Shown: in pieces, positions 45,428-54,929 of the stretch
How positions within the stretch are numbered: position 1 is the first letter of the stretch
Layout: every line of letters starts with the position of its first letter
From: an uncultured Thermotogae bacterium
GTDB taxonomy: Bacteria > Bipolaricaulota > Bipolaricaulia > M55B111
DNA length: 54,929 bases
Reading direction: 5' to 3'
NCBI GenBank assembly: GCA_964649445.1
Contig: CAZYPS010000005.1
Location: 1 to 54,929 of the forward strand
The notes under the pieces: model-generated
Databases searched by the model: none
Told to the model about the DNA's origin: nothing
The model's input: the letters and a program-made list of their open reading frames with translations, nothing else
Position numbers and translations under genes: made by a program

Positions 45428-46945
45428 ATGCATAAGAAGTTTGGACTTACGTTGGTATTTACTTTGCTGTTCACGGGTTTACTGGTATCGGGATTTACCG
45501 CCAGGACGCAGGCTCAGGAACCAGTTAAAGCAGTTATGATCCCTGCTGGTAGCTTAACACCGGGTTTCTTGAATTCCAATGCAGGTGGAAATATAGCGAG
45601 TGCCGTTTATGACTATCTATTCAGAGTGGGGGAAGATAAAGAGACCGTACCTTCGCTCGTAAAATCGTACGAATTGAACGAGGATTCTACCGTATGGACT
45701 ATGGAACTTCATGAGGGTGTAACCTTTCACGATGGCTCCAAATTGACTGCGGAAGACGTCGTATATACCTTCGAACGACTTATAGATGAAGATGTGGGAA
45801 GTGCTTTACTCGGGACTCTTGGCCCTATCATCGAAAGTGTAGAGGCGCTGGACGACCATACTGTCAGGTTCAACCTGAGTAGGCCCGACGCAGGGTTTCA
45901 CAAGAAGTTAACTGATTATAACGCCGCGGTTATTTCCGCCGATTACAACTATTCGGAGCGCGGAGACACGGAACCGATGGGTAGTGGTGCATTTAAGGTG
46001 GATAACGTTACCCCGCGTGAACGAGTTGAGGCTTCGGCCTTTGAGGATTACTGGGTTGAAGGCGCTCCCAAAATAGACGAACTTACTTTTCTCATGGTGC
46101 CTGAAAAAGAGACTGGTGTCAGGATGGTTTCTTCCGGTCAAGCAGATATCATCACCGATTTAAGCCCGGACCAGTATCTTCGTCTCCAGAGGAAGGATAA
46201 CGTCAATACTCTCAACGAGCAGTACGCAGCGCCGATCATGATTGACTTAAATACGGAGGAAGAGCCTTTTGAGGATCCCAAGGTTAGAAGAGCGCTGGCA
46301 CTGACGGTAGATAGAGAAGTATTGCTTGAATCCGCCGGCTACGGGTTAGGTACGATAGGTAACGATACCCCGATACCAGCCTGGCACGAGTTCCATGATG
46401 ATCTTGGCGGAGTAAGAGAGAGGGACATTGAAAAGGCGAAAGAACTACTGGAAGAAGCTGGTTATTCTGACGGTGTCGAGGTAACGCTCTATTGTGGATC
46501 GAATATCCCTCCAGTGCTCGACGTTGCTTTGACTCTCCAGGAGATGGCCAGACCGGCGGGTTTCTCGATTGAACTCAACACTCTGCCCAGGGATCAGTAC
46601 TATGCCAAGTACTGGCTCCAGGTTCCAATGTCAGCGACACTTTGGGGTCACAGAGAGGATATTACGCAGATGTTAGGAACAGCCTTAACCTGTGATGCTT
46701 CGTGGAATGCAAGCCACTATTGCAATGAGGAACTGGACAAATACGTTGAGCTGGCAAGCGGGACATCCGACCCGGAGGAAAAGCAAGAATACTTTACTAA
46801 AATCCAGGAAATTCTTCACGAGGACGTGCCTGCCCTGGTACCCATGTTCAAAGATTACCTGGGAGCCACCTCGGAGAGAATTGAAGGGTTCTATTTGACC
46901 CAGAACTGGATTAACGACTACAGGTTTATCGAGTTGATGAATTAA
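45428..46945 (+). CDS. ABC substrate-binding protein, family 5 (DppA-like)
   Basis: Signal peptide; GVTFHDGS.LTAEDVVYT, PMGSGAF, PF.DPKVRRAL.L.VDR, WNASHY.N. Confidence 0.92.
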   Translation: MHKKFGLTLVFTLLFTGLLVSGFTARTQAQEPVKAVMIPAGSLTPGFLNSNAGGNIASAVYDYLFRVGEDKETVPSLVKSYELNEDSTVWTMELHEGVTFHDGSKLTAEDVVYTFERLIDEDVGSALLGTLGPIIESVEALDDHTVRFNLSRPDAGFHKKLTDYNAAVISADYNYSERGDTEPMGSGAFKVDNVTPRERVEASAFEDYWVEGAPKIDELTFLMVPEKETGVRMVSSGQADIITDLSPDQYLRLQRKDNVNTLNEQYAAPIMIDLNTEEEPFEDPKVRRALALTVDREVLLESAGYGLGTIGNDTPIPAWHEFHDDLGGVRERDIEKAKELLEEAGYSDGVEVTLYCGSNIPPVLDVALTLQEMARPAGFSIELNTLPRDQYYAKYWLQVPMSATLWGHREDITQMLGTALTCDASWNASHYCNEELDKYVELASGTSDPEEKQEYFTKIQEILHEDVPALVPMFKDYLGATSERIEGFYLTQNWINDYRFIELMN

Positions 46946-46969
46946 CCGAAATCCGTGGAGTATCGAGTT

Positions 46970-47005
46970 GGGTGCCCTTACAAAAAAGGGCACCCTCTTT
47001 CTTTT
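46970..47005 (+). terminator. Intercistronic hairpin/terminator after SBP
   Basis: GGGTGCCCTT / AAGGGCACCC stem followed by TCTTTCTTTT. Confidence 0.75.
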
Positions 47006-47034
47006 AAATTAGCGCTAGTAGTAGGGGGATGGAA

Positions 47035-47976
47035 ATGACAAAGTTCATTGGAAAGCGCCTGGTAAATATGGTTATAACGCTGTTTATAGCTTCGATCATA
47101 ATCTTTGCCCTTACTGAATTGATTCCGGGGGACGTCGCACAGATGATACTGGGGCAGAACGCCACGCAGGAGGCGCTGGAGGGACTCCGGGCCCGGCTAG
47201 GCTTAAACCAGCCGCCATTGGTCCGGTACGGGAACTGGGTATGGGGGGTTCTGCACGGTGACATGGGAACTTCCCTGAGCATGCAAGGAGTGTCCGTGTC
47301 TTCCATTTTGCTGCGCCGTGGTCTCAATTCCCTCTTCCTTGCGGTCTGTGCAACGATGTTCCTGGTTCCTCTGTCTCTTTTTCTGGGAGTGGTTGCAGGG
47401 TTAAAAGAAGGAAGCTGGCTGGATCACTTTATTTCGACCTCTTCCCTCGTCGCCTTGTCGATGCCGTCCTTCATATCGGGTACGTTTCTGGTGTTGATAT
47501 TTTCCATCTGGCTAGGTCTGTTACCAGCCACGAGTTCAATTCAGCCGGATGCCAACCTGTTTGAAGTTTTCCCGAGGCTGATATTACCCATAATAACGGT
47601 ATCCCTGGTATTACTGGGTTACGTAGCCCGCATGGTTAGAGCAAGCGTTATTGATGCCTCCCATGCCGATTACGCCCGGACAGCTGTTTTAAAAGGACTA
47701 CCTCAGCACAAGGTTATCTGGCACATCCTCAGAAACGCTTTGATGCCTACAGTAACAGTGATAGCGATGAATCTCGGCTGGCTGATTGGCGGTCTTGTAG
47801 TAGTTGAAACTTTGTTTGCCTTTCCCGGTCTCGGCCGGCTCGTGTATATTTCGATTCAAAGACAGGATATACCGCTTATCCAGGCCAGCGTGTTACTGAC
47901 CAGCGCGGTCTACCTGATTTTGAATCTGTCCTCGGACGTGATATACACGTTCCTCGACCCCAGAATTCGCTATTAG
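47035..47976 (+). CDS. dppB: ABC permease DppB family
   Basis: PGDVA..ILG, LGLNQP...RY, DYARTA.LKGL, LRNAL.P, VVVETLF.FPGLG, DPRIRY. Confidence 0.9.
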   Translation: MTKFIGKRLVNMVITLFIASIIIFALTELIPGDVAQMILGQNATQEALEGLRARLGLNQPPLVRYGNWVWGVLHGDMGTSLSMQGVSVSSILLRRGLNSLFLAVCATMFLVPLSLFLGVVAGLKEGSWLDHFISTSSLVALSMPSFISGTFLVLIFSIWLGLLPATSSIQPDANLFEVFPRLILPIITVSLVLLGYVARMVRASVIDASHADYARTAVLKGLPQHKVIWHILRNALMPTVTVIAMNLGWLIGGLVVVETLFAFPGLGRLVYISIQRQDIPLIQASVLLTSAVYLILNLSSDVIYTFLDPRIRY

Positions 47977-48032
47977 ATGGGTGATAGTGTGATATCTATA
48001 AAGGACATTGAAATGACTGGAGGTAGCGAAAA

Positions 48033-48887
48033 ATGGAACTCCTAACGAGAAAAGTCGATAACGCTTTTCAGGTAGTCAGGAGGCTTGCCGACTCTCGTCT
48101 GGGACTCATAGGTATGTCGATAATACTTCTCTGGGTTATTATAGCTCTTCTTGGACCGATTATTGCTCCTTATTCCCCAACCGGATATCACATTCAGGAC
48201 AGGTTCGAAGGTCCAAGTTTAAAATATCCTTTTGGCACGGACAGGTTCGGGCGAGACGTATTTAGTCGTGTGTTAATCGGCAGCAGGTCTATAATGATCC
48301 TGGCGAGTACTGCCACCGCAATTAGCCTACTACTTGGAAGTTCCATTGGACTGATCACCGGTTACCTCGGTGGATTAGTGGACGAGATAGTAATGCGGTT
48401 CATGGATATATTGATGTCGTTTCCCGCACTTCTTTTTGCCATGCTCATTCTAGGTATTTTTGGACCCAGTACGTTTGGAGTCATAGTGGTTATTGGCCTG
48501 GTATATGCCCCGCGGATAGCCCGGGTCGCGCGGAGCGCGGTACTGGAAGTCAAAGAAAAGGAGTTTATCGAGGCGGCGAAAGTTCGGGGGGAATCGAATC
48601 TTTATATCATGTTTGCCGAGCTGCTTCCCAATATCTGGGGACCCCTGGGTGTGGAAGCGTCGGTAAGGTTCGGCTACGCGATCTTTTTGAGTGCTTCCCT
48701 GGGTTTTCTCGGTCTGGGAGTCCAGCCACCGACACCGGATTGGGGTCTTTTGATGAAAAACGCTCAGCCTCACATAACTAACGCGCCCTGGATGGCGATA
48801 TTCCCGGCTCTGGCAATCGCATCTCTGGTCGTAGCCGTCAATTTCCTTGCCGACGCTATCCGGAAGTACGAAGCGGGAGAAATTTAA
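48033..48887 (+). CDS. dppC: ABC permease DppC family
   Basis: PFGTDRFGRDVFSR, FIEAAKVRGE, LGFLGLGVQPPTPDWG. Confidence 0.9.
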   Translation: MELLTRKVDNAFQVVRRLADSRLGLIGMSIILLWVIIALLGPIIAPYSPTGYHIQDRFEGPSLKYPFGTDRFGRDVFSRVLIGSRSIMILASTATAISLLLGSSIGLITGYLGGLVDEIVMRFMDILMSFPALLFAMLILGIFGPSTFGVIVVIGLVYAPRIARVARSAVLEVKEKEFIEAAKVRGESNLYIMFAELLPNIWGPLGVEASVRFGYAIFLSASLGFLGLGVQPPTPDWGLLMKNAQPHITNAPWMAIFPALAIASLVVAVNFLADAIRKYEAGEI

Positions 48888-48900
48888 TGGAGGGACCGAG

Positions 48901-50976
48901 ATGAGTGATCTGAAGAACGGATCTAATCCGATACTTGATATAAGAGATCTGGTAGTAAGCTACGAAACCAGATCCGGTAATCTAACTGCCGTTCGAGGTG
49001 TCAACCTCTCAGTGGAAAAGGGCAAAACTCAGGGAATAGTTGGCGAGTCAGGGTGCGGGAAGAGCACTCTGGCCTTCGCGATAATGGGCTACCTCGATCG
49101 CAATGGTCGGATAGATAGTGGCCAGATTTTTCTGGATGGCGAAGATATATCGGATAAACCGGAGAGCTGGATGAGGAAAATATGGGGCAGGGAGTTAAAT
49201 ATTGTTTACCAGGATCCTTCGGCTGCGCTGAACCCTTCAATCAAAGTCGGCAAGCAGATCGGGGAAGTACTGGAAACTCATGAAGGTATGACTGAGGATG
49301 AAGCCAGGAGTCAATCGATCGATACTCTGGAGGAACTGCAGATATCGGATCCGGGCATCGTAGTGGATAGTTTCCCCCACCAATTGAGCGGGGGAATGCG
49401 TCAGCGTGTCTGCCTGGCGATGGCTCTGGTTTCCCAGCCAAAGTTACTGGTCATGGACGAACCGACTACTAACCTTGACGTTACAGTTGAAGCAAAGATT
49501 CTTGATATCATCAAGGACCTAAAGAAAGAATTCGAGACGACCATCCTCTATATTACTCACGATCTCGGGGTCGTCTACGAGGTTAGCGACCGCTCGGGTG
49601 TAATGTACGCGGGACAATTCGTGGAAGAGGGACCTACGGATGAGCTTATAGGAAATCCGATTCATCCCTATACCCGTGGTTTGCTGCGATCAGTGCCAGA
49701 GGTATCCGCGGAAACCGTGAAAGGAAAGCTGAGGCCGATAAAAGGTTCCGTGGTGGAACTGGATGACCTGCCTTCCGGCTGTAAGTTTAACCCTCGCTGT
49801 CCCTACATGCAGGAAAATTGTACCGGGACCGAGCCCGAGGTTCGGGCTTTTGGAGAGGATCGATACGTTCGTTGCTACGAGGCGAAGGTAGTCGCCGAAG
49901 ATAATTACGAAAAAAGAGTCGAGTCGTCCGAGGAGAGCTACGAAACTTCCGAAAGTGGGGAAGGAGAGAAGATACTGGAAGCGGAAAGAGTAAAGAAGTA
50001 CTTTGGCGAGGCTAGTTCCGGTCTCTTTAGTTTCGGGGAAGCTGATGAGAGGGTAAAAGCTGTAGACGACGTGAGTTTTGGATTGGACGAGGGAGATACT
50101 CTTGGTGTCGTAGGGGAATCCGGTTGTGGTAAGAGCACTCTCGCTCGAACGATAATTGGGCTGGAAGATATAACTGAAGGACAGATAACCCTGGAGGACA
50201 GGGATATATCCGTCCCAATCGAAGGGCGTGAGCCTGAGGTCCTCAAGCAGATTAGAATAGTATTCCAGGATCCTCGTGCTACCCTGAACCCCAAACGAAC
50301 CATCAGGCAAACTATGATGCGGCCGATTCAGCTGGCAGGAGCTAATCGTGAGGAAGCACTTGATAAAACTCGGGAACTACTCGAGGCAGTAGATCTCGGA
50401 CCAAGCTATATGGATCGCCACCCGGACCAGTTAAGCGGAGGGCAGAAACAGCGTGTTGCGATAGCACGGGCTTTTGCCAGCACGCCGGAGCTTATCCTGT
50501 GTGACGAACCGACCTCCAGCCTGGACGTTTCGATCCAATCCTCGATTATAAATCTTTTGCTCGATCTTCAGGGCGAGCTGGATACCTCCTTCATGTATAT
50601 CTCTCACAACCTTGCCGTGGTTAGCTATATCAGCGATTACATGGCGGTGATGTATCTTGGGAGGATAGTCGAGGTTGGACCGACAACTAATATCCTAAAC
50701 CCACCTTATCATCCGTATACAGAGGCTTTACTTTCATCGGTTTCTATGCCGAACCCCGACGTGGAACAGAAAAGGATTCGGTTGTCGGGAGCAGTGCCTA
50801 GTGCCAGGGATGTTCCTTCGGGTTGCAGGTTTCATACTAGATGTCCCCGAAAAATAGGGGAGATATGTGAAGCGGAAGAACCACCCACCCGTGAGATTGG
50901 AGACAAGGGACATGCCATTACCTGTCACATACCGATAGAGGAACTTAAAGAAGTTGAACCCGTCTTGCAGCAATAA
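48901..50976 (+). CDS. Fused DppD/DppF ABC ATP-binding protein
   Basis: ATG 48901 after GGAGGG; two GESGCGKS Walker A motifs, two LSGG signatures, two HPYT plus C-x-F-x-x-RCP oligo_HPY tails. Confidence 0.92.
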   Translation: MSDLKNGSNPILDIRDLVVSYETRSGNLTAVRGVNLSVEKGKTQGIVGESGCGKSTLAFAIMGYLDRNGRIDSGQIFLDGEDISDKPESWMRKIWGRELNIVYQDPSAALNPSIKVGKQIGEVLETHEGMTEDEARSQSIDTLEELQISDPGIVVDSFPHQLSGGMRQRVCLAMALVSQPKLLVMDEPTTNLDVTVEAKILDIIKDLKKEFETTILYITHDLGVVYEVSDRSGVMYAGQFVEEGPTDELIGNPIHPYTRGLLRSVPEVSAETVKGKLRPIKGSVVELDDLPSGCKFNPRCPYMQENCTGTEPEVRAFGEDRYVRCYEAKVVAEDNYEKRVESSEESYETSESGEGEKILEAERVKKYFGEASSGLFSFGEADERVKAVDDVSFGLDEGDTLGVVGESGCGKSTLARTIIGLEDITEGQITLEDRDISVPIEGREPEVLKQIRIVFQDPRATLNPKRTIRQTMMRPIQLAGANREEALDKTRELLEAVDLGPSYMDRHPDQLSGGQKQRVAIARAFASTPELILCDEPTSSLDVSIQSSIINLLLDLQGELDTSFMYISHNLAVVSYISDYMAVMYLGRIVEVGPTTNILNPPYHPYTEALLSSVSMPNPDVEQKRIRLSGAVPSARDVPSGCRFHTRCPRKIGEICEAEEPPTREIGDKGHAITCHIPIEELKEVEPVLQQ

Positions 50977-51067
50977 GAAGGAGATGGTTTGAAGGAGTCC
51001 GTTGCAATCCGATGGAAATGGACAAATCGATCTATCAAGCAATTAACCGAGGAGGTTAGTATATTAG

Positions 51068-52285
51068 ATGGACGAGAAAAATCTGGAACAGGCTACTTTG
51101 CAGGTTATGGGTGGATACGGGTTAGAGAAAAGCGTTAAAAAGGAATCGCTGGCTCCACCACTTGCTCAGACCGTAGCTCATCCGTTTGAAAGTGCAGAAA
51201 AAGCCGAATGGGTGTTCGACACTGAAGCCAACTACGAAGAATACGGGGGATTACAGGGTTACATTTATACCCGGGAGAATAACCCGACACTAGATATTTT
51301 TGAAGATCGTGTTGCCTTACTGGAAGGAGGCGGGGGTGCTCTTGCTACCAGCTCGGGAATGGCCGCAATTTCCCTGGCGGCCCTGTTCGAGCTTGAAGCC
51401 GGAGATGAAATAGTCGTCTCCAATCATACTTATACCTGTTCGTTTGAACTTTTTTCCCGAACACTGCCCCGGTTTGGTGTTGAAACCAGAGTAGTAAATA
51501 AACCGCACGATCTCTCCCGGTGGAGCGATGCAGTTACGGAAGATACGAAGTTCATGTTCGTGGAGACTCCAAGTAATCCGGTATTGTACGTCGGAGATCT
51601 GGAAAAGCTTGCCGAAATTGCCGACTCTTACGGAACCAAACTGATGGTCGACAATACAATCGCAACGCCGGTACTCCAGAAACCTCTTGAGATGGGAGCA
51701 GACATCGTAATAGAGTCCGTCTCTAAGTACATGAGTGGCAACGGTACGATCCTTGGAGGAGTTGTCGTAGGCGACGATCCTTACATTCAGGACCTGAGGC
51801 GACAGGAATACATCCAGTACGGAAACGCCATGGCTCCGTTTAACGCCTGGCTATCCCTGCTGGGGCTGGAGAGTCTGGATATGCGGATGGAGAAGCATTC
51901 CAGTAATGCCCTGAAGGTTGCCGAATTTCTCGAAGACCACGAAAAAGTCAATCGAGTAAATTATCCGGGGCTGGAAAGCCATCCTCATCACGAACTGGCC
52001 AATTGCCAGATGAAGGACTTCAGTTCGTTGCTCTCATTCGAGATTGACGGAGATAAGGAAGATGCGTTCGATCTGCTGAATTCTTTAAAACTGATTCCCA
52101 CGGCAACTCACGAAGGAAGTTCCCGGTCCGTCGTATGTCATCCCGCTTCGACGATATTTCATCGGTTGACCGACGAAGAGCTGGCGGACGCCGGTATTTC
52201 TAAGAGTCTGATCAGACTTTCCGTGGGAATAGAAGCACCGGGAGATATAGTTGATGACCTGGATCGGGCGTTATCCCGAATCTAA
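51068..52285 (+). CDS. PLP-dependent trans-sulfuration family enzyme, methionine gamma-lyase-like
   Basis: YTR.NNPT, SSGMAAI, Y-x-C (YTC), ETPSNP, DNT, SKY (PLP lysine), YPGL.SHP, IRLSVGIE. Confidence 0.85.
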   Translation: MDEKNLEQATLQVMGGYGLEKSVKKESLAPPLAQTVAHPFESAEKAEWVFDTEANYEEYGGLQGYIYTRENNPTLDIFEDRVALLEGGGGALATSSGMAAISLAALFELEAGDEIVVSNHTYTCSFELFSRTLPRFGVETRVVNKPHDLSRWSDAVTEDTKFMFVETPSNPVLYVGDLEKLAEIADSYGTKLMVDNTIATPVLQKPLEMGADIVIESVSKYMSGNGTILGGVVVGDDPYIQDLRRQEYIQYGNAMAPFNAWLSLLGLESLDMRMEKHSSNALKVAEFLEDHEKVNRVNYPGLESHPHHELANCQMKDFSSLLSFEIDGDKEDAFDLLNSLKLIPTATHEGSSRSVVCHPASTIFHRLTDEELADAGISKSLIRLSVGIEAPGDIVDDLDRALSRI

Positions 52286-52320
52286 TAAGCCGAAACTAGC
52301 CCATAATCCATTTAGGAGTG

Positions 52321-53784
52321 ATGAAATTGGGTATCAACGATCATTTTAATTACTGGAATAGACCTAAATTAAAAGTTTTTTCCGAAGACCAGCACGAGAA
52401 GATATACCAATCCGCGCTTGAAATACTCGAAAGAACCGGCACGGAATTCCATTCCGAGGAAGCGGTCACGATTCTCGACGATGCTGGGGCGACTGTAGTA
52501 GACGGAAACACAGTTAAAATGCCATCGAGTATGGTGGAAAAAGCACTGAGAACCTGTGGTAAGCGTGTGGTTCTGAGTGACCGTAATCTCAATTCGACGA
52601 TGTTTCTGGAAGGGGATAATACTTATTTTGGACCTGGTTCCGAGACCCCCAATACGATAGATCCCTACACGGGCGAGCGACGGAAGTGCGAGAAAAACGA
52701 CGTAGTACGGGCAGCCACGGTCGTCGATAAACTGGAAAACATCGACTTTGCGATGTCTTTCGCTCTGGCAAACGACGTACCCAAGCACAACTCCGATCTA
52801 CACCACTTCGAAGCGATGGTCAAGAATACTACAAAACCGATTCTCTTTACTGCATGGGATCTTGAAGGGTTAAAAGCTATATACGAGATGAGCGTAGCGG
52901 TTGCCGGAGGGGAAGAGAAATTCAGGATGAATCCGTTTATCCTGCTCTACGACGAGCCCAGTTCGCCGCTGAAGCACTCGAAAGAAGCCGTGGAAAAGCT
53001 CATGTTCTCCAGTAAAAAAGGCATCCCGATTCAGTACGTACCCACTCCCTCTCTCGGTGCAGCCGGGCCGATCTCACTTGCCGGTGCCTACGCATTGACG
53101 GAAGCTGAATACCTGAGCGGGCTCGTTCTATCGCAGGAAGTAAAGGGAGGCTCTTCATTGATCTTCGGTGGTGGTCCGACGACCATGGATATGAAGACGA
53201 CGGTCTTTTCCTACAGCGCCCCCGAGACCATGTTGAGTCTGGTCCTGAGAAAGGAGGTCGGGTCCTACCTGGGCGTACCTGCCTTCAACGCCGGAGGGTT
53301 CACGGACTCAAAGGATATAGATCAGCAGGCGACTCTGGAGGTTGCCAACTCGTTGAACTACGCCGCTCTGGCGGGTGGAAACCTCGTTCACGATGTCGGT
53401 TATCTCGAATCCGGTATGACTTCCTCGCTTGAGTTGCTGACGATAGCGGACGAAGAGATTTCGATGATAAATCGGTTTATTAAGAGCACCGAGGTTAACA
53501 GGGATACGCTCGGTGTGGACGAAATCGACGAGGTAGGAATCGGTGGCAATTATCTGACGTCATCTCAGACGGTAGAGAAATTCAAGGAAGACATATGGTC
53601 GCCCGACCTGATCGACCGTCAGGTCCACGAGAGCTGGGAAGAGGACGGGAGTTCCACCCTGCGGGAACGGGCACGGGAAAAGGTCCATGACATACTGGAA
53701 AGCCACGAACCGGAAGAGCTTTCCGAAGACGTGTCGGACGAGGTCACGAAAATAGTCGAAGAATACGAGGAAAAACGGTCTTAG
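52321..53784 (+). CDS. Trimethylamine methyltransferase (MttB/MtgB) superfamily, non-pyrrolysine
   Basis: S.EILERTG, NTTKP, SPL, P.SLAG, DMKT, G.TDSK..D.QA, G.NLVHDVGYLESG, G.GGNYL. Uninterrupted ORF; exact start uncertain. Confidence 0.92.
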   Translation: MKLGINDHFNYWNRPKLKVFSEDQHEKIYQSALEILERTGTEFHSEEAVTILDDAGATVVDGNTVKMPSSMVEKALRTCGKRVVLSDRNLNSTMFLEGDNTYFGPGSETPNTIDPYTGERRKCEKNDVVRAATVVDKLENIDFAMSFALANDVPKHNSDLHHFEAMVKNTTKPILFTAWDLEGLKAIYEMSVAVAGGEEKFRMNPFILLYDEPSSPLKHSKEAVEKLMFSSKKGIPIQYVPTPSLGAAGPISLAGAYALTEAEYLSGLVLSQEVKGGSSLIFGGGPTTMDMKTTVFSYSAPETMLSLVLRKEVGSYLGVPAFNAGGFTDSKDIDQQATLEVANSLNYAALAGGNLVHDVGYLESGMTSSLELLTIADEEISMINRFIKSTEVNRDTLGVDEIDEVGIGGNYLTSSQTVEKFKEDIWSPDLIDRQVHESWEEDGSSTLRERAREKVHDILESHEPEELSEDVSDEVTKIVEEYEEKRS

Positions 53785-53875
53785 AGCAATTCAGACCGCT
53801 CTAGAGGTTACTTTTCCTATATCTATAGATAATTAGACCATAAAAACCAGACCAACAAACTGGAGGTTCCAAGTT

Positions 53876-54715
53876 ATGACTGAGGAGAGAGAAGAGGTAA
53901 ATATAAACTACCTCTATCAGAAGAAAGAAGAAGGCGAGAAGATCTCCTGGCTTACCGCCTACGATTACCCCACTGCCGGGTACGAAGAGAAGGCGGGCAT
54001 TGAGATGATCCTGGTCGGAGATTCGGGTGGCATGACCCTTCTGGGTTACGATTCCACCCTACCTGTAACCATGGACGAGATGGCCGTTATGACCAAGGCA
54101 GTAACCAGGGCAACCGACAAGACCTTCGTAGTGGGGGACATGCCCTATATGAGCTATCAACCCTCCAAAGAAAAGGCAATAGAGAGTGCCGGCAGGCTAA
54201 TGGGTGAGTGTGGTGCCGATTGCGTCAAGCTCGAAGGTGGCAAGCGGATGGCACCTACCGTTGAGGCAATGGTCGATGCAGGAATACCCGTTGTGGGCCA
54301 TATCGGTATGACTCCCCAGTCGGCAGCCCAGCTTGGTGGTTACAAGAGTCAGGGCCGAGACGCCGAGACGGCGAAGGAACTGATAGAGGACGCCAGGGCT
54401 CTGGAGGATGCCGGTGCTTTTGCCATACTTCTGGAAGCAGTCCCGACCAGAGTAACCGAACTGATCTACGCGGAGTCAGAAGTACCGATTTACGGGATAG
54501 GCGCCGGACCGAAAAACGACGGAGAACTGCTTATCGTTCAGGATATACTGGGCCTGTTTGAACTGTTCAAACCCCGATTCGTCAAGAGATACGCAAACCT
54601 TGGTGAAGAAATGGTAGATGCCTTCCAGCGCTATAAAAGTGAGGTAAAGGAAGGTGTCTTCCCCGCCGAAGAACACTCCTACAACATACCGGACGAGGAA
54701 TACGATAAAATTTAA
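53876..54715 (+). CDS. panB: 3-methyl-2-oxobutanoate hydroxymethyltransferase (PanB) or paralog
   Basis: LTAYD, LVGDS, VVGDMP, VKLEGG, GHIG.TPQ, LLEAVP, GIGAG, FVKRYA. Confidence 0.9.
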   Translation: MTEEREEVNINYLYQKKEEGEKISWLTAYDYPTAGYEEKAGIEMILVGDSGGMTLLGYDSTLPVTMDEMAVMTKAVTRATDKTFVVGDMPYMSYQPSKEKAIESAGRLMGECGADCVKLEGGKRMAPTVEAMVDAGIPVVGHIGMTPQSAAQLGGYKSQGRDAETAKELIEDARALEDAGAFAILLEAVPTRVTELIYAESEVPIYGIGAGPKNDGELLIVQDILGLFELFKPRFVKRYANLGEEMVDAFQRYKSEVKEGVFPAEEHSYNIPDEEYDKI

Positions 54716-54747
54716 CGGAGAACGGCCTTCGATTTTGTTGGATAGAT

Positions 54748-54775
54748 ACCGCCCCGGACTTTTCGGGGCGGTTTT
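54748..54775 (+). terminator. Rho-independent terminator
   Basis: ACCGCCCCG / CGGGGCGGT stem followed by TTT. Confidence 0.75.
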
Positions 54776-54929
54776 AATATCCGTTTTGGCCTGGCTAATT
54801 GAGGTAGTTTAATTTAACTCTCGAGGGATAGTGTAGCATTTTATGTGTAAAAATCGCTTTGGAAACCGTTCGACAAAACCAGGGATCAATTTCCCCAGCG
54901 GGGAAATTGCCCTTTCCGATCTCGGCTCG

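Noticed and set aside
52318-53784. Pyrrolysine-containing MttB
   Set aside because: The ORF is full length with no internal TAG, and no pyl genes are seen.
571-54676. Numerous 60-206 aa ORFs antisense to or overlapping well-supported genes (e.g. 25470-26033, 26986-27558, 49690-50310)
   Set aside because: These are shadow ORFs with no family motifs and a composition unlike the acidic proteome.

Overview
Bacterial chromosomal window from what looks like a salt-adapted (very acidic proteome), diderm-type anaerobe. The overall signature suggests Ca. Bipolaricaulota/KB1, but this is inference only. The left part (1-13.3 kb) carries a uridine-kinase-like C-terminus, a secreted PHP metallohydrolase, a stand-alone NAD-binding domain under a triple operator, an FN3 surface protein with a T9SS-like C-terminal tail, a Dpp-type ABC transporter without ATPase, a FakA-FakB fusion and DUF1295. 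At 13.35-13.65 kb is a dense DnaA-box array ending in DnaA-trio-like repeats, a probable oriC with no dnaA nearby. Next comes a ~31 kb glycerol/glycerophosphoester scavenging island: two different G3P dehydrogenases, glpK, a GlpSTPQUV glycerol ABC transporter, two UgpBAE clusters, PhnDCEE, two HAD-IIA phosphatases flanking a divergent UroD/MtaA-fold protein, PiT/DUF47, a GDPD and a GlpR-like regulator. The window ends with a GntR-led operon (Dpp ABC, methionine-gamma-lyase-like enzyme, non-pyrrolysine MttB, PanB-like) that looks like an undescribed methylated-amino-acid/C1 pathway. A cross-cutting pattern is that all six substrate-binding-protein genes carry an extra upstream strong Shine-Dalgarno (STAB-SD-like) and a downstream hairpin. 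No rRNA, tRNA or CRISPR array was seen. All family calls come from motif recognition by eye, not from database searches.
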